From Octopus vulgaris (lineage: Eukaryota): a stretch of 64,000 nucleotides of DNA. A model generated the notes under the pieces. That model was not told where the DNA came from, ran no database searches, and saw only the letters and a program-made list of their open reading frames with translations. The stretch is taken from positions 71,238,001-71,302,000 of the forward strand of contig OX597833.1 in NCBI GenBank assembly GCA_951406725.2, read 5' to 3'. The position numbers and the translations under genes were made by a program. Below, piece after piece: positions 1-12,943 of the stretch. Position 1 is the first letter of the stretch, and every line of letters begins with the position of its first letter.

Positions 1-23
1 ATTATATATATATATATATATAC

Positions 24-91
24 ATAGTACATAATACACAGATTATATATATATATATACATATATATATAATCTGTGTATTATGTACTAT
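24..91. repeat. Perfect 21-bp inverted repeat around a (TA)n core
   Basis: atagtacataatacacagatt (24-44) is the reverse complement of aatctgtgtattatgtactat (71-91); the spacer is almost pure (TA)n. Confidence 0.85.
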
Positions 92-211
92 ATATATATA
101 TATGCGTGTGTGTATGTGTTCCATACATCCGTAAAGAAGATATGGCACACAGAAAATATTAACCAATTAAAGAAAGATCTACTTTATTAAATGGCTTAAT
201 TGTTCGCTTAC

Positions 212-242
212 CGTTCGACGATTTCACTGATGAATGAGAATC
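212..242 (-). other. Candidate 31-nt spliced micro-exon, probably 5' UTR, of a minus-strand gene running off the left edge
   Basis: Minus strand reads ctctttctttctttctttcgcag|GATTCTCATTCATCAGTGAAATCGTCGAACG|gtaagc: long polypyrimidine acceptor and GTAAG donor in unique sequence downstream of the 1.8-2.2 kb island. Confidence 0.55.
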
Positions 243-852
243 CTGCGAAAGAAAGAAAGAAAGAGAGAAGGCATTGAGATCATAATTCAGAGGGGAAGAA
301 GAATAGTTTTTTATTATTACGGATAAGGAATGAAAAAATAATAGAGAAAAATAGAGCGAGAAGAATAGAGTGAGTGCTCGACTCGACGTTCATGCTTTTT
401 TTCCTTGAGGGGCCCTGAACGACGAATTGTGTAATTTATTAAATAAGGAGAAGAGATACGAAGAGGAAAGATAGAGAAAAAAGAGAGAAGAGAGAATAAG
501 AGAGAGGCTGAGTGTGATGGGAGGGGGGGAGCCAAGTGCGATTTTCTTTTTTTTTTTCAATTGTCTAAAAAAAAAATGTAATTAAGGAGAAAATATCTTC
601 CACGTAGCTGAGTTAGTGTTGCTGTTGTTGTTGTTCTTGGTGGTGTCTCCTCTCTATTACAATGTGTGTGTGTGGTTGAGTGGTTGACTCTCTCTCTTTC
701 TGTCTCTGTGTCTCTCTTTTATGTCCCCCCCCCTGTCTGATTCCTTAAGTAGACAGATTTCGTTGTGAACATTATTAATAAGAGAGAGAGAGACATTGAG
801 ATGATGATGAAGATATATAAACACCGATTACAAGTACGTGTGTATATCAAAT

Positions 853-1058
853 CTATATATATACATACATACATACAGATAGATGGATGAAGGTTACAAC
901 AGTCATGTTGTAGAAAACACCGATTTCACGATTACACACATATAAACATATAACAGAAGTATATATAAATACATATATATACATACATACATACACATAT
1001 ATATATATATATATACATATATATATACATATATATATATACATATATATATATATAC

Positions 1059-1093
<35 letters not shown>

Positions 1094-1268
1094 CATATAT
1101 ATACACATACATATATATATATATACACATACATATATATATATATACATACATACATATACATACATATATATATATACATACATATACATACATATAT
1201 ATATATACATATATATATACATACATATATACACATACATATATATATACATACATATATATATATAT

Positions 1269-1313
<45 letters not shown>

Positions 1314-1342
1314 TATATATACACATACATATATATATATAC

Positions 1343-1377
<35 letters not shown>

Positions 1378-1469
1378 CATACATATATATATATACATAC
1401 ATACATATATATATATATATACATGTGTGTATATACATATATGTGTATATATATATATACATACATATA

Positions 1470-1507
<38 letters not shown>
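853..1507. repeat. Compound (TA)n/(TACA)n microsatellite
   Basis: Direct inspection; source of the YI-rich ORFs. Confidence 0.95.
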
Positions 1508-1510
<3 letters not shown>

Positions 1511-1799
1511 ACGCGCAGACACCAACAGAATCAATTCCAGCTGGAAGTGGAGACAAATCGTCGGGTTTGAAATTAAAAAAAACTATTTAGAGACTACAAT
1601 TTTTTTGCTTTCTCGCAATTTTCTTTCTTTATCCTACATATACAACATATATATATACACCACACACATATTACATACATACATATATGAAGAAGAAGAA
1701 GAAAAAAGGACGATCTAAGCTTTTTCTCTTATTTCTAGAACCAAGAAAGTACAATGGAATCATTTGCGATTCTGCCTTGTTGGTGGTGAGAAAATTAGA

Positions 1800-2230
1800 G
1801 AGGATTGCATCAAGAGAGACGAAGCCAAGGCCCGTCTCTCTCTTCTCTCTTCTCTGGGACTTAGAAAATTTTTCAGCCATTTTTAACATAGTCAAATTTC
1901 CAGCCTTTGTTTGTCGCTCGCCAACAGGACATAAGAGGCTATTTAACGGGCCCCGATCGGCGATCGGAGCTGGTCTTAGTGATTATTAGAGGGGTTTACT
2001 AACCGATTTGGCACCGATGGCCTGATCGAAGCTGAAGCCGTCCATCGTTCACGGAAATTGTTCTTCTCTCTCCGACGTTTTTGCAATGAACAACTGTTCG
2101 GGTTTAATGGCGGAGCTAGGACAATGTAACGAGACTAAGTCCCAGTTTGACGCCAGTGCGCATGCGCCCCCGCTCAGCCCCGGATCTCTCTCTCTTCCCT
2201 CCTCTCTCCCTCACTCTCTCTCTCAGTCAC
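1800..2230. promoter_or_regulatory. CpG-rich promoter-like island, possibly bidirectional
   Basis: High local CpG density; NRF1-type palindrome tgcgcatgcgc 2157-2167; YY1-type aatggcgg 2106-2113 and cagccatttt 1874-1883; ZNF143-like actaagtcccag 2134-2145; flanking (CT)n tracts. Confidence 0.55.
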
Positions 2231-2283
2231 ACAACCATCAGAGAGATGTGAACGTTCTCAGTGAGTGAGTGAGTGAGTGACTG

Positions 2284-2680
2284 AATGTGTGCGTGTCGGT
2301 CTCAATGCGTGTTTGTGTGTGTGCGCGCGTGTCCGTTTCAATGCATGTGTGTATGTGTGCGTGTTGGTTTCAATGCATGTGTGTGAGTGTGCGGGCGTGC
2401 GTATGCCCGTTTCAATGCATGTGTGCGTGCGCGTTGGTTTCAATGCATGTATGTGTGTTTGCGTGCGTGTGTGTAGCGGTTTCAATGCATGTGTGAGTGT
2501 GCGTGCGTGCGTATGCCCGTTTCAATGCATGTGTGTATGCGTGCGTGTTGGTTTCAATGCATGTATGTGTGTGTGCGTGTCACTTTCAATGCGTGTGCGT
2601 ATGCCCGTTTCAATGCATATATGTGCGTGCGTGTGTCGGTTTCAGTGCATGTGTGTGTGTGTACGCGTGCGTTCCTGCGT
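2284..2680. repeat. Minisatellite, ~11 units with core gtttcaatgcatgtg separated by GT-rich variable segments
   Basis: Core recurs near 2300, 2337, 2369, 2411, 2439, 2481, 2521, 2552, 2585, 2609, 2641. Confidence 0.85.
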
Positions 2681-3072
2681 GCATATGTCTTGCCCTGCGT
2701 CTCTCTATATCTCTACATATGTTTACACACACACATGTATGCGTGTGTGCGTGCGACGGTACTACATAGTGCACCGCCTCCACCACCACCTCTGATATTT
2801 AACATGTTTCATAACAAACGTGGTTTCGAACTGGGCCTGACTCCTTTATTAGGGATGAAGAAGCTGAGACGATCAACGTTTTTTTTTCCTTCTTTTTTGT
2901 TTTGGGGTGGCATTTTTTTTTTTTACATTTCTTTTTTGGTTACAACAAACATCGGCATCTGTCTTTATTTTATACATTTTATTATTTCGTCAGATTATAA
3001 GGAAATCTCTCTTCTTTCTCTCTTTCCTTATCTATTTCACACAGCTGCGATTTTTTTTTTGCCACCTACAAA

Positions 3073-3111
3073 TATATATATATATATACAAAGATATATA
3101 CATATATATAC

Positions 3112-3154
<43 letters not shown>

Positions 3155-3747
3155 TATGTATATGTATGTATATATATATATGTATATGTATGTATATATA
3201 TATATGTATATGTATGTATATATATATATGTATGTATATATATATGTATATGTATGTATATATATATGTATATGTATGTATATATATATGTATATGTATG
3301 TATATATATATGTATATGTATGTATATATATATGTATATGTATGTATATATATATATGTATATGTATATGTATGTATATATATATATGTATATGTATGTA
3401 TATATATATATGTATATGTATGTATATATATATATGTATATGTATGTATATATATATATGTATATGTATGTATATATATATATGTATATGTATGTATACA
3501 TATATATGTATATGTATGTATACATATATATGTATATGTATGTATACATATATATGTATATGTATGTATATATATATATGTATATGTATGTATATGTATG
3601 TATGTATATGTATATGTATGTATATGTATATGTATGTATGTATATATGTATGTATATGTATGTATATGTATGTATGTGTATATATATGTATGTATGTATA
3701 TATGTATATATATATATATATATACATATATATACATACATATATAT

Positions 3748-3800
<53 letters not shown>

Positions 3801-3835
3801 TAACAAAAGTTTATTATACAAACACACACACACTC

Positions 3836-3903
<68 letters not shown>

Positions 3904-3905
3904 AT
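3073..3905. repeat. Compound (TA)n/(TATG)n microsatellite
   Basis: Direct inspection. Confidence 0.95.
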
Positions 3906-4329
3906 AAGTATGTATATATTGAGACATCAAACTACAACACGGGGAAACTGTTTAGAAATAAGAGAAATAATTTCAAGCATCTGTTTATTTATACAGGCAT
4001 CGATACGCTCACTCATCTGAGAAAGAAGAATTCACACGTGTTTTCTAATGCCATATAATATATATAGATATGCGTGTATATTCTGCGTGTATAATTAAAC
4101 GCTAATAAAGATTACTTAATCACATACAAAGCCACAGAAAACACATATTTTTAATGTGGTGCCGTTCGTGTAACCGTATTAACATTCGTTCCATCTGATC
4201 GGCATCATTTAACAATCAAAGTTCATAGATTTCTCCCCGTGAAATTTCTAAACGGTTTGTCACTTTTCTGTACGTAGCGATTGATTTCTATAGATGTGTA
4301 TCAATAATGTATATAGCAGGATTGATAGA

Positions 4330-4365
<36 letters not shown>

Positions 4366-5250
4366 GAAAGAATGTGTATGCGTATATATATGTGTGTATA
4401 TGTATATATATATATATATATACATGTATATATATGTATATATATATATATGTGTATATGTATATGTGTGTATATATATATATATGTGTATATGTGTGTA
4501 TATATATATATATGTGTATATGTATATGTGTGTATATATATATATTGGTGTATATGTATATGTGTATATATATATATATATGTGTATATGTGTATATATA
4601 TATATATATGTGTATATGTGTATATATGTGTGTATATATATATGTATATATATGTGTGTATATATATATGTGTGTATATATATGTGTGTGTATATATATG
4701 TGTGTATATATATATGTGTGTGTATATGTATATATATATGTGTATATGTATATATATATATGTGTGTATATGTATATATATATATGTGTGTATATGTATA
4801 TATATATATGTGTGTATATGTATATATATATATGTGTGTATATGTATATATATGTGTGTATATGTATATATATGTGTGTGTATATGTATATATATATATA
4901 TATGTGTATATGTATATATATATATGTGTGTATGTATATATATATATGTGTATATGTATATATATATATGTGTATATGTATATATATATATGTGTATATG
5001 TATATATATATGTGTATATGTATATATATATGTGTATATGTATATATATATGTGTGTATGTATATATATATATGTGTGTATGTATATATGTGTATATGTA
5101 TATATATATATGTGTATATGTATATATATATATGTGTGTATGTATATATGTGTATATGTATATATATATATGTGTGTATGTATATATGTGTATATGTATA
5201 TATATATACGTACATCTATATATATACATGAATATATATATATATATATA
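4330..5250. repeat. (TATC)n followed by compound (TA)n/(TG)n microsatellite
   Basis: Direct inspection. Confidence 0.95.
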
Positions 5251-5360
5251 TTTTTTCCTCTAGTTTCAGCTCAGAGCTGCGGCCATGCTGATGCACCACC
5301 GTTAAAATTAGAAACCTTAACTACCTCTGAATACATGTACATATATATACAAGTGTAATA

Positions 5361-6605
5361 TATTGTCCAATGATTAAGGGTACCTTTAAATGGGCTCATT
5401 ATACACCCCTGGCATAGGCCACATTTATGGTCTCACTTGGCTTGCCAGATCTTCTCAAGCACAGCATATCTCCAAAGGTCTCGGTGAGCCCCAATGTTCG
5501 AAGGCCATGCTTCACCACCTCATCCTGGATCTACCTCTAGGGTGTGACACGTTTTCGCACAGCTGTCCTCATCCATTCGAAACACATGACCATAGCAGCG
5601 CAGTCATCTCTCTTGTACACCACATCTGACGCTTCTTAAGTCCAACTTTTCTCTCAGGGCGCTCACACTCTGTCGAGTATGCACACTAACATTACACATC
5701 CAGTGGAACATACTAGCTTCATTCCTTGCAAGCTTATGCATGTCCTCAGCAGTCACGGCCCATGTTTCACTACCATGTAGCATGGCTGTTTGCACACATG
5801 CGTCATACAATCTACCTGTTACTCTGAGTGAGAAGCTCTTTGTCACCAACAGAGGTAGGAGCTCTCTGAACTTTGCCCAGGCTATTCTCATTCTAGTGGC
5901 TACACCTTCAGGGGATCCATCCCAGCTACTGACTTGGTCACCTATGTAACGGAAGCTATCAACTACTGCTAGTTTTTCTCCCTGGAATGTGGCAGAAGTT
6001 GTTCTCTGCACATTTTCAGTGTTTATTACGCCTGAGCATCTGCCACATACAAAAACTATCTTCCCAGTTAGCCTTCCTTTGATATTGCTGCACCTCTTAT
6101 GTGTCCATAGCTTACACTGGGTACACCTTATAGAGTTTCTACCTACGCCTTTTCTACAGATCGAGCATGGCTATCTACCTGAAGGGATTTGTGATTTGTT
6201 TGCCTTCCTTGGTTTTTGCTAGGTTGACTCTAAGGTCCTTTGATTCTAATCCTTGCTTCCACACCTGAAGCTTCTCTTCTAGTTCTGGTAGTGACTCAGC
6301 TATTAGAGCAAGGTCATCAGCATAGAGAAGCTCCCAGGGGCATCCTGTCTTGAATTCCTCTGTTATTGCTTGGAGGACTATGATGAATAAGAGGGGGCTG
6401 AGGACTGAACTTGGTGAACCCCTACTTCTACACGGAATTCTTCACTATACTCATTGCCGACCCTTACCTTACTGACAGCATCCCTATACATGGCTTGTAC
6501 AGCTCTCACTAACCATTCATCTATCCCTAGTTTCCTCATTGACTACCAGATTAGGAATTGGGGGGGGGGACCCTGTCAAAGGCTTTCTCCATGTCAATGA
6601 AAGCA
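5361..6605 (-). mobile_element. 5'-truncated, decayed RTE-clade LINE: RT core, PHD-like insert, C-terminus and start of 3' UTR
   Basis: Minus-strand translation gives AFIDMEKAFDR (~6570-6604), GVHQ/SVLSPLLF, GCPWELLYADDLAL (YADD at 6313-6324), VVDSFRYIG and GRLYDACVQTAMLHGSETW (ORF 5604-6011); stops and frameshifts present. Confidence 0.92.
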
Positions 6606-7164
6606 TTTTACTAATACTTGCAGCCTCTTGTTATCTGTGGTCAATATATCAAGATGAGCAAAAACTTATTCCGGCAGCAACCACTAAAATATGTGACGCC
6701 TACAAAATATATTTTGGAATATTTCTCTGGGATCTTGGCAAAGTCAGGGCTCTTCTTTTTTCTTTTTTTTTCGAAGGAAGCTTTACAATTTCTGCTTGCT
6801 TGGGTTGCAGAATTTTATAGAATATAAAATTTTAGAAGTTTTGAAATTTTGTTATTTTCAGTGGTTTAGAAAAAAATCTATCTAATATGAAATATGTTTT
6901 GAGAATCTTTTACACATTAATCGTGGATAAAAAAAATGTTATCTTAATAATTATATTTTGCTCTTTTATAGGATGACGCAGAGGAGGAAAGAGAGAGCCA
7001 TGAAGTTATTTTATCCAAAGAATTTGCAGGAATTTACTGACCATTCAAGCAATTGCTTTCTGCATGCCAGACCCTTCCAAGAACCAGGCTGACAAGATTG
7101 CATCTGAAATCCTGTACCTTCAGTTGTCCATCATCCTGGTGCCAAACTGCCTTCAGCTCACCCA

Positions 7165-7513
7165 TAACCATTCTCGCTCACAACATCATAAGCGGAAAGT
7201 GTAACCTCTCGAAAGAGCTGTTCTTCACTCCTGCTCCCGAGCGTTGGCTGCGGGGTCATTCCAAAAAGCTCTACCTGCGACGATTTCATCTCAATCGAAG
7301 GAGAAGAGCTTTCTCCGTCCGGGTTGCGGTCCGTGGAATAAGCTGCCGGACGAGATGGTGAAGATGCCAACGACCGCTTTGTTCAAAGTCTCCCTTGACC
7401 TCAAGTGGCCTGAACTCTTTACATGAACACCACCCTGTACATAACTCCATGTCCCCCTACACGGCCTTGCTTTTTGCTTTTGAGCCAAAAAATTAACTAA
7501 CTAACTAACTAAC
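7165..7513 (+). mobile_element. 3' end of CR1-type LINE with (CTAA)n tail
   Basis: LRGHSKKLYLRRFHLNRRRRAFSVRV then (frameshift) WNKLPDEMVKMPTTALFKVSLD matches the CR1 ORF2 C-terminal pattern; tail ctaactaactaac at ~7496-7513. Confidence 0.85.
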
Positions 7514-8028
7514 CATTCTGCTGTATTTAGCTGGTTGAGATTCTGTACCAAACCAGTCTTGGAAATGAATCTGTAAACTTATGATCCTGAATCCAAGAGC
7601 CCAACCATTAATTCAATTGAATTCACTGTCACTATATATACAACTGCAACACTGAATTTCAGGTAAAATTGGTTCCAAAGTATTCCAGGGTTTACCATTT
7701 TGCCAAACCAGCAATGGTCACCTTCAGTCGACTCACTTACTAATCATATTCTAATTTAAATTCTTCATAGGAAGATTCAAGCCTGTTTCATGATCGAAGC
7801 CTCTGACACTTTCATTCCAATGTTCTGGCACTGTTGAAACCATTCTGCCATCACTCAATCATGTTTAGTATCCATCCTATGTTAATAACTAGTTTAAAAG
7901 CTATACTCCTTGTGGACTTTTAAGCTAGCTCCCGTGGAGGGTTAATTCGGCCAGGGACCCAAAACTAAAGGGGGCTAAATAGCATGACTATATGCCCCAG
8001 TGGTGTTTGATCAGATATTAAGGATGGA

Positions 8029-8162
8029 CTTTGCCTTTCATCCTTTCGGGGTCGATAAATTAAGTACCAGTTACGCACTGGGGTCGATGTAATCGACTTG
8101 ATCCGTGTGTCTGTCCTTGCTTGTCCCCTCTATGTTTAGCCCCTTGTGGGTAATAAAAAAAC
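8029..8162 (+). mobile_element. 5'-truncated SINE family E (Meta/MESC-like central domain) with 17-bp TSD
   Basis: gcctttcatcctttcggggtcgataaattaagtacc core; TSD cagatattaaggatgga at 8012-8028 and 8163-8179. Confidence 0.85.
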
Positions 8163-8374
8163 CAGATATTAAGGATGGATGAGAATTAATTCTGTAATGC
8201 CATCATTCTATTGTTCCAGTCCCAAGGTGAATTCCAACTGGTGGCCAATTTGTCCCAAAGTTCTTATCTTGACATAAAATTAATGGAAAAACACTAATCT
8301 TGACAGAAAGCCACAGCAGCTGACTTCTTCAGTGGGGGATGAAGCTGGGTGCCATCCCTTGACATGTTCTTTTC

Positions 8375-8585
8375 TCTTTTTCTCTTCTTTTGTTCGTTTC
8401 AGTCATTTGACAGCGGCCATGCTGGAGCATCGCATTTAGTCGAACAAATCGGCCCCAGGACTCAGTTTTCGTAAGCCTAGTACTCATTCTATCGGTCTCT
8501 TTTGCTGAACTGCTAAGTTACAGGGACAAAAACACACCAATATCAGTTGTCAAGCGATGTTGTGGGTACAAACACAGACACACAA

Positions 8586-8634
<49 letters not shown>

Positions 8635-8797
8635 ACAGGCTTCTTTCAGTTTCCGTCTACCAAATCCACTCACAAAGCTTTGGTCGGCCCGAGGCTATAG
8701 TAGACGACACTTCCCCAAGGTGCCACGCAGTGGGACTGAACCCGGAACTATGTGGTTGGTAAGCAAGCTACTTACTACACATCCATTCCTGCACCTA
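8375..8797 (-). mobile_element. tRNA-derived SINE family A with internal (TA)n(TG)n tract
   Basis: Matches the ~400-bp unit repeated >15 times in the window: head with A/B-box-like motifs, CORE-like ccttgggcaagtgtc, tail aaatgactgaaac. Confidence 0.9.
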
Positions 8798-8859
8798 GAC
8801 ACATACACACTCACCCATACTGAATATAGTATGTGGTCATAGACACTAAGTACCCCCAC

Positions 8860-9080
8860 ACTGGCCCCGTGCCGGTGGCACATAAAAAGCACCCACTACA
8901 CTCTCGGAGTGGTTGGCATTAGGAAGGGCATCCAGCTGTAGAAACACTGCCAGATCAGATTGAAGCTTGGTGCAGCCTCCTGGCTTCCCAGACCTCAGTC
9001 AAACCATCCAACCCATGCCAGCATGGAATAACAGATGTTAATCGATGATGGTGGTGGTGGTGATGATGATGATGATGATA
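8860..9080 (+). mobile_element. RTE 3'-UTR fragment (family B) with (GAT)n tail
   Basis: gtgccggtggcacataaaaagcaccc...ggcattaggaagggcatccagc...ccaacccatgccagcatgg...gatgatg. Confidence 0.85.
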
Positions 9081-9604
9081 GGTTTGCTGGGTATTTGCAG
9101 ACACAACTTTAGCAATCCTTAAATGGAAGCGGACCTAACGTTATGTCATGTAGCAGATACCAAATTTTAATGTTCTCATTTCTCTTCCAGACATGTCTCC
9201 TGTCTCCACAAGATCGTTTCCAATCTGACAAAACAAATGAAAAGAAACAAACATCATGTTTGTATATTTAGCCATCAGTTCCAGCAACTTGGAGATCACC
9301 AAATTCTTGAATGTGGTTGGGTTCCTTTGAATTCAGCATTAGGAAAGAGCCGGAAGCATCTAGTAAGAACATCATCATCACCATCATCATGATAATTTTA
9401 ATGTCTACATTACTCTGCTTGTATGGGTCAGATGGAATTTGTTGACACAAATTCCCTTTACCAGTCTTCTCCTATTTCCAAACATGGTAATATTTCCTTT
9501 TGGTCAGACATGTTTTCATGGCAGATTGGAAATAAAGGACTCTGCATGTATGACAGTGATGCTTGTTTACAACTGTTCTGTAACAGCAAGATTTGTAATC
9601 AAAA

Positions 9605-9635
<31 letters not shown>

Positions 9636-9954
9636 TACATACACATGCATGCACACATACACAAAGGGATTTCTTTCAGTTTCCATCTGCCAATCTATAC
9701 AGCTTTGGTAGAAGACTCTTGTACAAGGTGCCAAGCAGCAGGACTGAACCCAGAACTACTTGGTTGGGAAGCAAACTTCTTTACAACACAACACAGTCCT
9801 GCTTCTATTTTCTAGTATTCTCTTCTACTCTAGGCACAAGGCCCACAATTTTGGGGAAGGGAGCCAGTCAATTAGATTGACTCCAGTACGCAACTGGTAC
9901 TTAATTTGTCGATCCCGAAAGGATGGAAGGCAAAGTCGACATTGTACCCTTGCT

Positions 9955-10301
9955 GCTGACCGCTGAGACCCCCTTCGGTCATGAATGACCATGGGATTGC
10001 ACCTAGAAAGTTACCCTCCCAGGCACAAGTCCGGGCGAAGTTGTTTATGGAAGACCAGCAGTCACCCATGCATACCGGCCTCCCCTCTCCACGCCACCAG
10101 TGTTATCCAAGGGAAAGGCAAAGGGGCTGATACCGCTTGGCACCTGTGATGTCGCAACTCATCACAGGTGAGTGAACTGGAGCAACGTGAAATAAAGTGT
10201 CTTGCTCAAGAACACAACACGCAGCCAGGTCCAGGATTCAAACTCACGAACCTCACGATCGTAAGCTTGACGCTCTAACCACTGAGCCATGCACCTTCAC
10301 C
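9955..10301 (-). mobile_element. Full-length tRNA-derived CORE-like SINE (family D) with 11-bp TSD
   Basis: Minus head gtgaaggtgcatggctcagtggttagagcg with B-box-like gtttgaatcc, then gtgttcttgagcaagacac; TSD gtacccttgct at 9944-9954 and 10302-10312. Confidence 0.9.
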
Positions 10302-11078
10302 GTACCCTTGCTAATATTAAAAGAAATATTGAAGGTATCACTTTTCTTAGTTTATTTACAGACAAGTATGAAATATCTTCAAATTTTCCCAAGGAAGCGA
10401 AACGAAATACTTCTGAAACCCGTGTCTGGTGCTTCAGAGCCAGTCTCTGTCTTACGGATATGATCATCATCATCATTACCATCACCAATGTCATCATCAT
10501 CATCGTCATCATCACCACCACCACCACTATCATCATCATTATTATCATTTAATATCTGCTGTCAATTTTCAAAATATTTGAAAAATCTGACTTTCTACTT
10601 TATTCAGAATGAGCCAAAAACTTTATTCAATATTTATAAATATTTTTTGGCTGCTTTTATTTCCGTCTCCAAGTCAAGGAATTAATCAATTCTTCGAGTC
10701 TTCTTCTTATCTAGTCTTATGAAGTCATTAACTCCTGTATAATGCAGTTAAATCTGTGAAACATTTCAAACCATCGAAGGGAATGATATTTCTGAAAGAG
10801 AGCTGCTCTGTGAATAGAGAGATTACATGGCGAAATTAGATTAAAAATTACAATTTTAAAAATAGACAGAAAAATGTGTTGGTTTGTAAATCATTTTCTG
10901 ACTGGAAGAGAAAAGGAGAGAGAGGGGGAGAGGGAGAGAGAACAGGATAAAATTTTCCTGCATGGCTTCTCTCCCTTGAAAAGAAGGCAGAACAACCAAT
11001 GGAAACGAGTTTAAACACACACACACATATTCATCCATATGAATGCATACATTCATTCATATATATATGCATATGTAT

Positions 11079-11110
<32 letters not shown>

Positions 11111-11331
11111 GTATATGTGTATATATATATGTATATGTATATATATATGTGTATATGTATATATAAGTATATGAATATATATGTATGTATATGTATGTAT
11201 ATATGTGTATATATGTATGTATATATATATATATGTGTGTGTGTGTGTATATATGTGTGTGTATATGTGTATATATGTATGAGTATGTATATATGTATGT
11301 GTATGTGTATATATGAATACATACATATATA

Positions 11332-11695
11332 TAGGTGCAGGAGTGGTTGTGTGGTAAGTAGCTTGATTACCAGTCACATGGTTCCTGGTTCAGTCCCACT
11401 GCGTGGCATCTTGGTCAAGTGTCTTCTGCTATAGCCTCAGGCCGACCAAAGCCTTGTGAGTGGATTTGGTAGGCGTAAACTGAACGAAGCCCATCATGTA
11501 TATATATGTGTGTGTGTGTGTCTATGTATATGTTTGTGTTTGTCCCCCCCAACATCGCTTGACAACCGATGCTGGTGTGTTTACGTCCCCGTCACTTAGC
11601 GGTTCGGCAAAAGAGACCAATAGAATAAGTACTAGGCTTACAAAGAATAAGTCCTGGGGTCAATTTGCTGCAAATGACTGAAACAAATAAAAGAA
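11332..11695 (+). mobile_element. SINE family A
   Basis: Head aggtgcaggagtggttgtgtggtaag, internal microsatellite, tail aaatgactgaaacaaataaaag. Confidence 0.9.
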
Positions 11696-11946
11696 CAAAA
11701 TTAATATCTGCACATGTATACATATATATAAATGTATGTATCCATGTACACGCATACATTGTGCATAGCCATATGTATGCATGCATACATACACACATAG
11801 ACATACATACATTCATAGACACACACACACACACAAACATGCATTCACTTACACTCACACACACCAACACTATTGATGTACGTAAACTTGTGTGTTGAAG
11901 TTCCATCTCCACTGCTTGAGTGCAAAGTTTATCTACAGATACACAC

Positions 11947-12354
11947 TCCATGCTGGAGCACTGCCTTTAGTCGAACAAATTGATCCCAGGACTTATTCTA
12001 TTGTTCACTTTTTGCTGAACTGTTAAGTAACACAGACGTAAATGCACAAACATTGGTTGTCAAGTGATGGTGGGAGACAAACACAGATACATATGTGCAT
12101 ACATACATGCATGCATACAGACATACATACATACGTACATACATGCATGCGTGCTTACATACATACATATATACATGCATACACACACACACACAGTTGG
12201 CTTCTTTCATTTTCCTTCTACCAAATCCACTCACAAGGCATTGGTCAGCTCGAGGTTATAGTAGAAGACACTTGCCCAAGGTGCCATGGACTGGGACTGA
12301 ACCCGGAACCATGTGGTTAGTAAGCAAGCTTTTTACCACACAGCCACTCCTGTA

Positions 12355-12358
<4 letters not shown>
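11947..12358 (-). mobile_element. SINE family A with expanded internal microsatellite
   Basis: Homology to other family A copies. Confidence 0.85.
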
Positions 12359-12393
<35 letters not shown>

Positions 12394-12629
12394 ATATGTA
12401 TATATATTTGCATATATATATATATGATTTTTGATTGATTTTTCCAGTTTCAGCTAATGAGCTGTGGCCATGCTGGGGCACCCCCATTTATATATATATA
12501 TATATATATTCATACACCAACTGATTTACATATTCATAAACCTCAAAAGCTGTCTTAATTAGTGACCAGTTTGAACTCTGCCAAGGTAAAAATTTGAGAC
12601 CCAAAGAAAAAAAGAAAACACAAACAAAA

Positions 12630-12943
12630 TGGACTGGCACTCTGTCGATTATGAAGATGAGCGTTCCGGTTGATCTGATCAATGAAATTAACATGTAAGT
12701 GGCTGAGTACTCCACAGACACACGTACACTTAATGTAGTTCTTAGGGAGATTCAACATCATGACACAGAATGCGACAAGGCTGGCCTCTTAGAATTGAAG
12801 GTGTAACTCGCATTTTCCGGTTGAGTGAACTGGAACAACATGAAACGAAGTGTCTCACTGCGAGACACACTGCATGGCCAGGAATCAAACTCACAACCTC
12901 ACAGCTGTGAGCTGAATACCCTGATCATTACACTATATGCCCA
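12630..12943 (-). mobile_element. tRNA-SINE with D-like head and C-type tail
   Basis: gtggctgagtactccacagacacacgtacacttaatgtagttc matches the tail of 33290-33676; gagtgaactggaacaacatgaaac matches the body of 9955-10301. Confidence 0.75.

Noticed and set aside
226-250. CTGATGA...GAAA hammerhead candidate
   Set aside because: No stem II or stem I pairing; overlaps the splice-signal-defined micro-exon
1671-1895. 74-aa minus-strand ORF with AAAATGGCTG start context
   Set aside because: No recognisable homology or donor site and it runs into microsatellite; the motif is equally explained as a YY1 site
1945-2090. 7SK, SRP or RNase P/MRP RNA gene
   Set aside because: Only the GATC pair resembles 7SK; no recognisable 5' start, 3' stem or conserved RNase P/SRP motifs
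2284-2680. CRISPR-like array with GTTTCAAT repeat start
   Set aside because: Repeat only ~15 bp, spacers are low-complexity and mutually similar, period irregular, no cas genes, eukaryotic context
853-5358. Long ORFs up to 472 aa rich in Y/I/M/C/V/H/T
   Set aside because: Translations of (TA)n/(TG)n microsatellites that lack stop codons; the same applies to poly-V, M, I, L, N, D and H ORFs elsewhere
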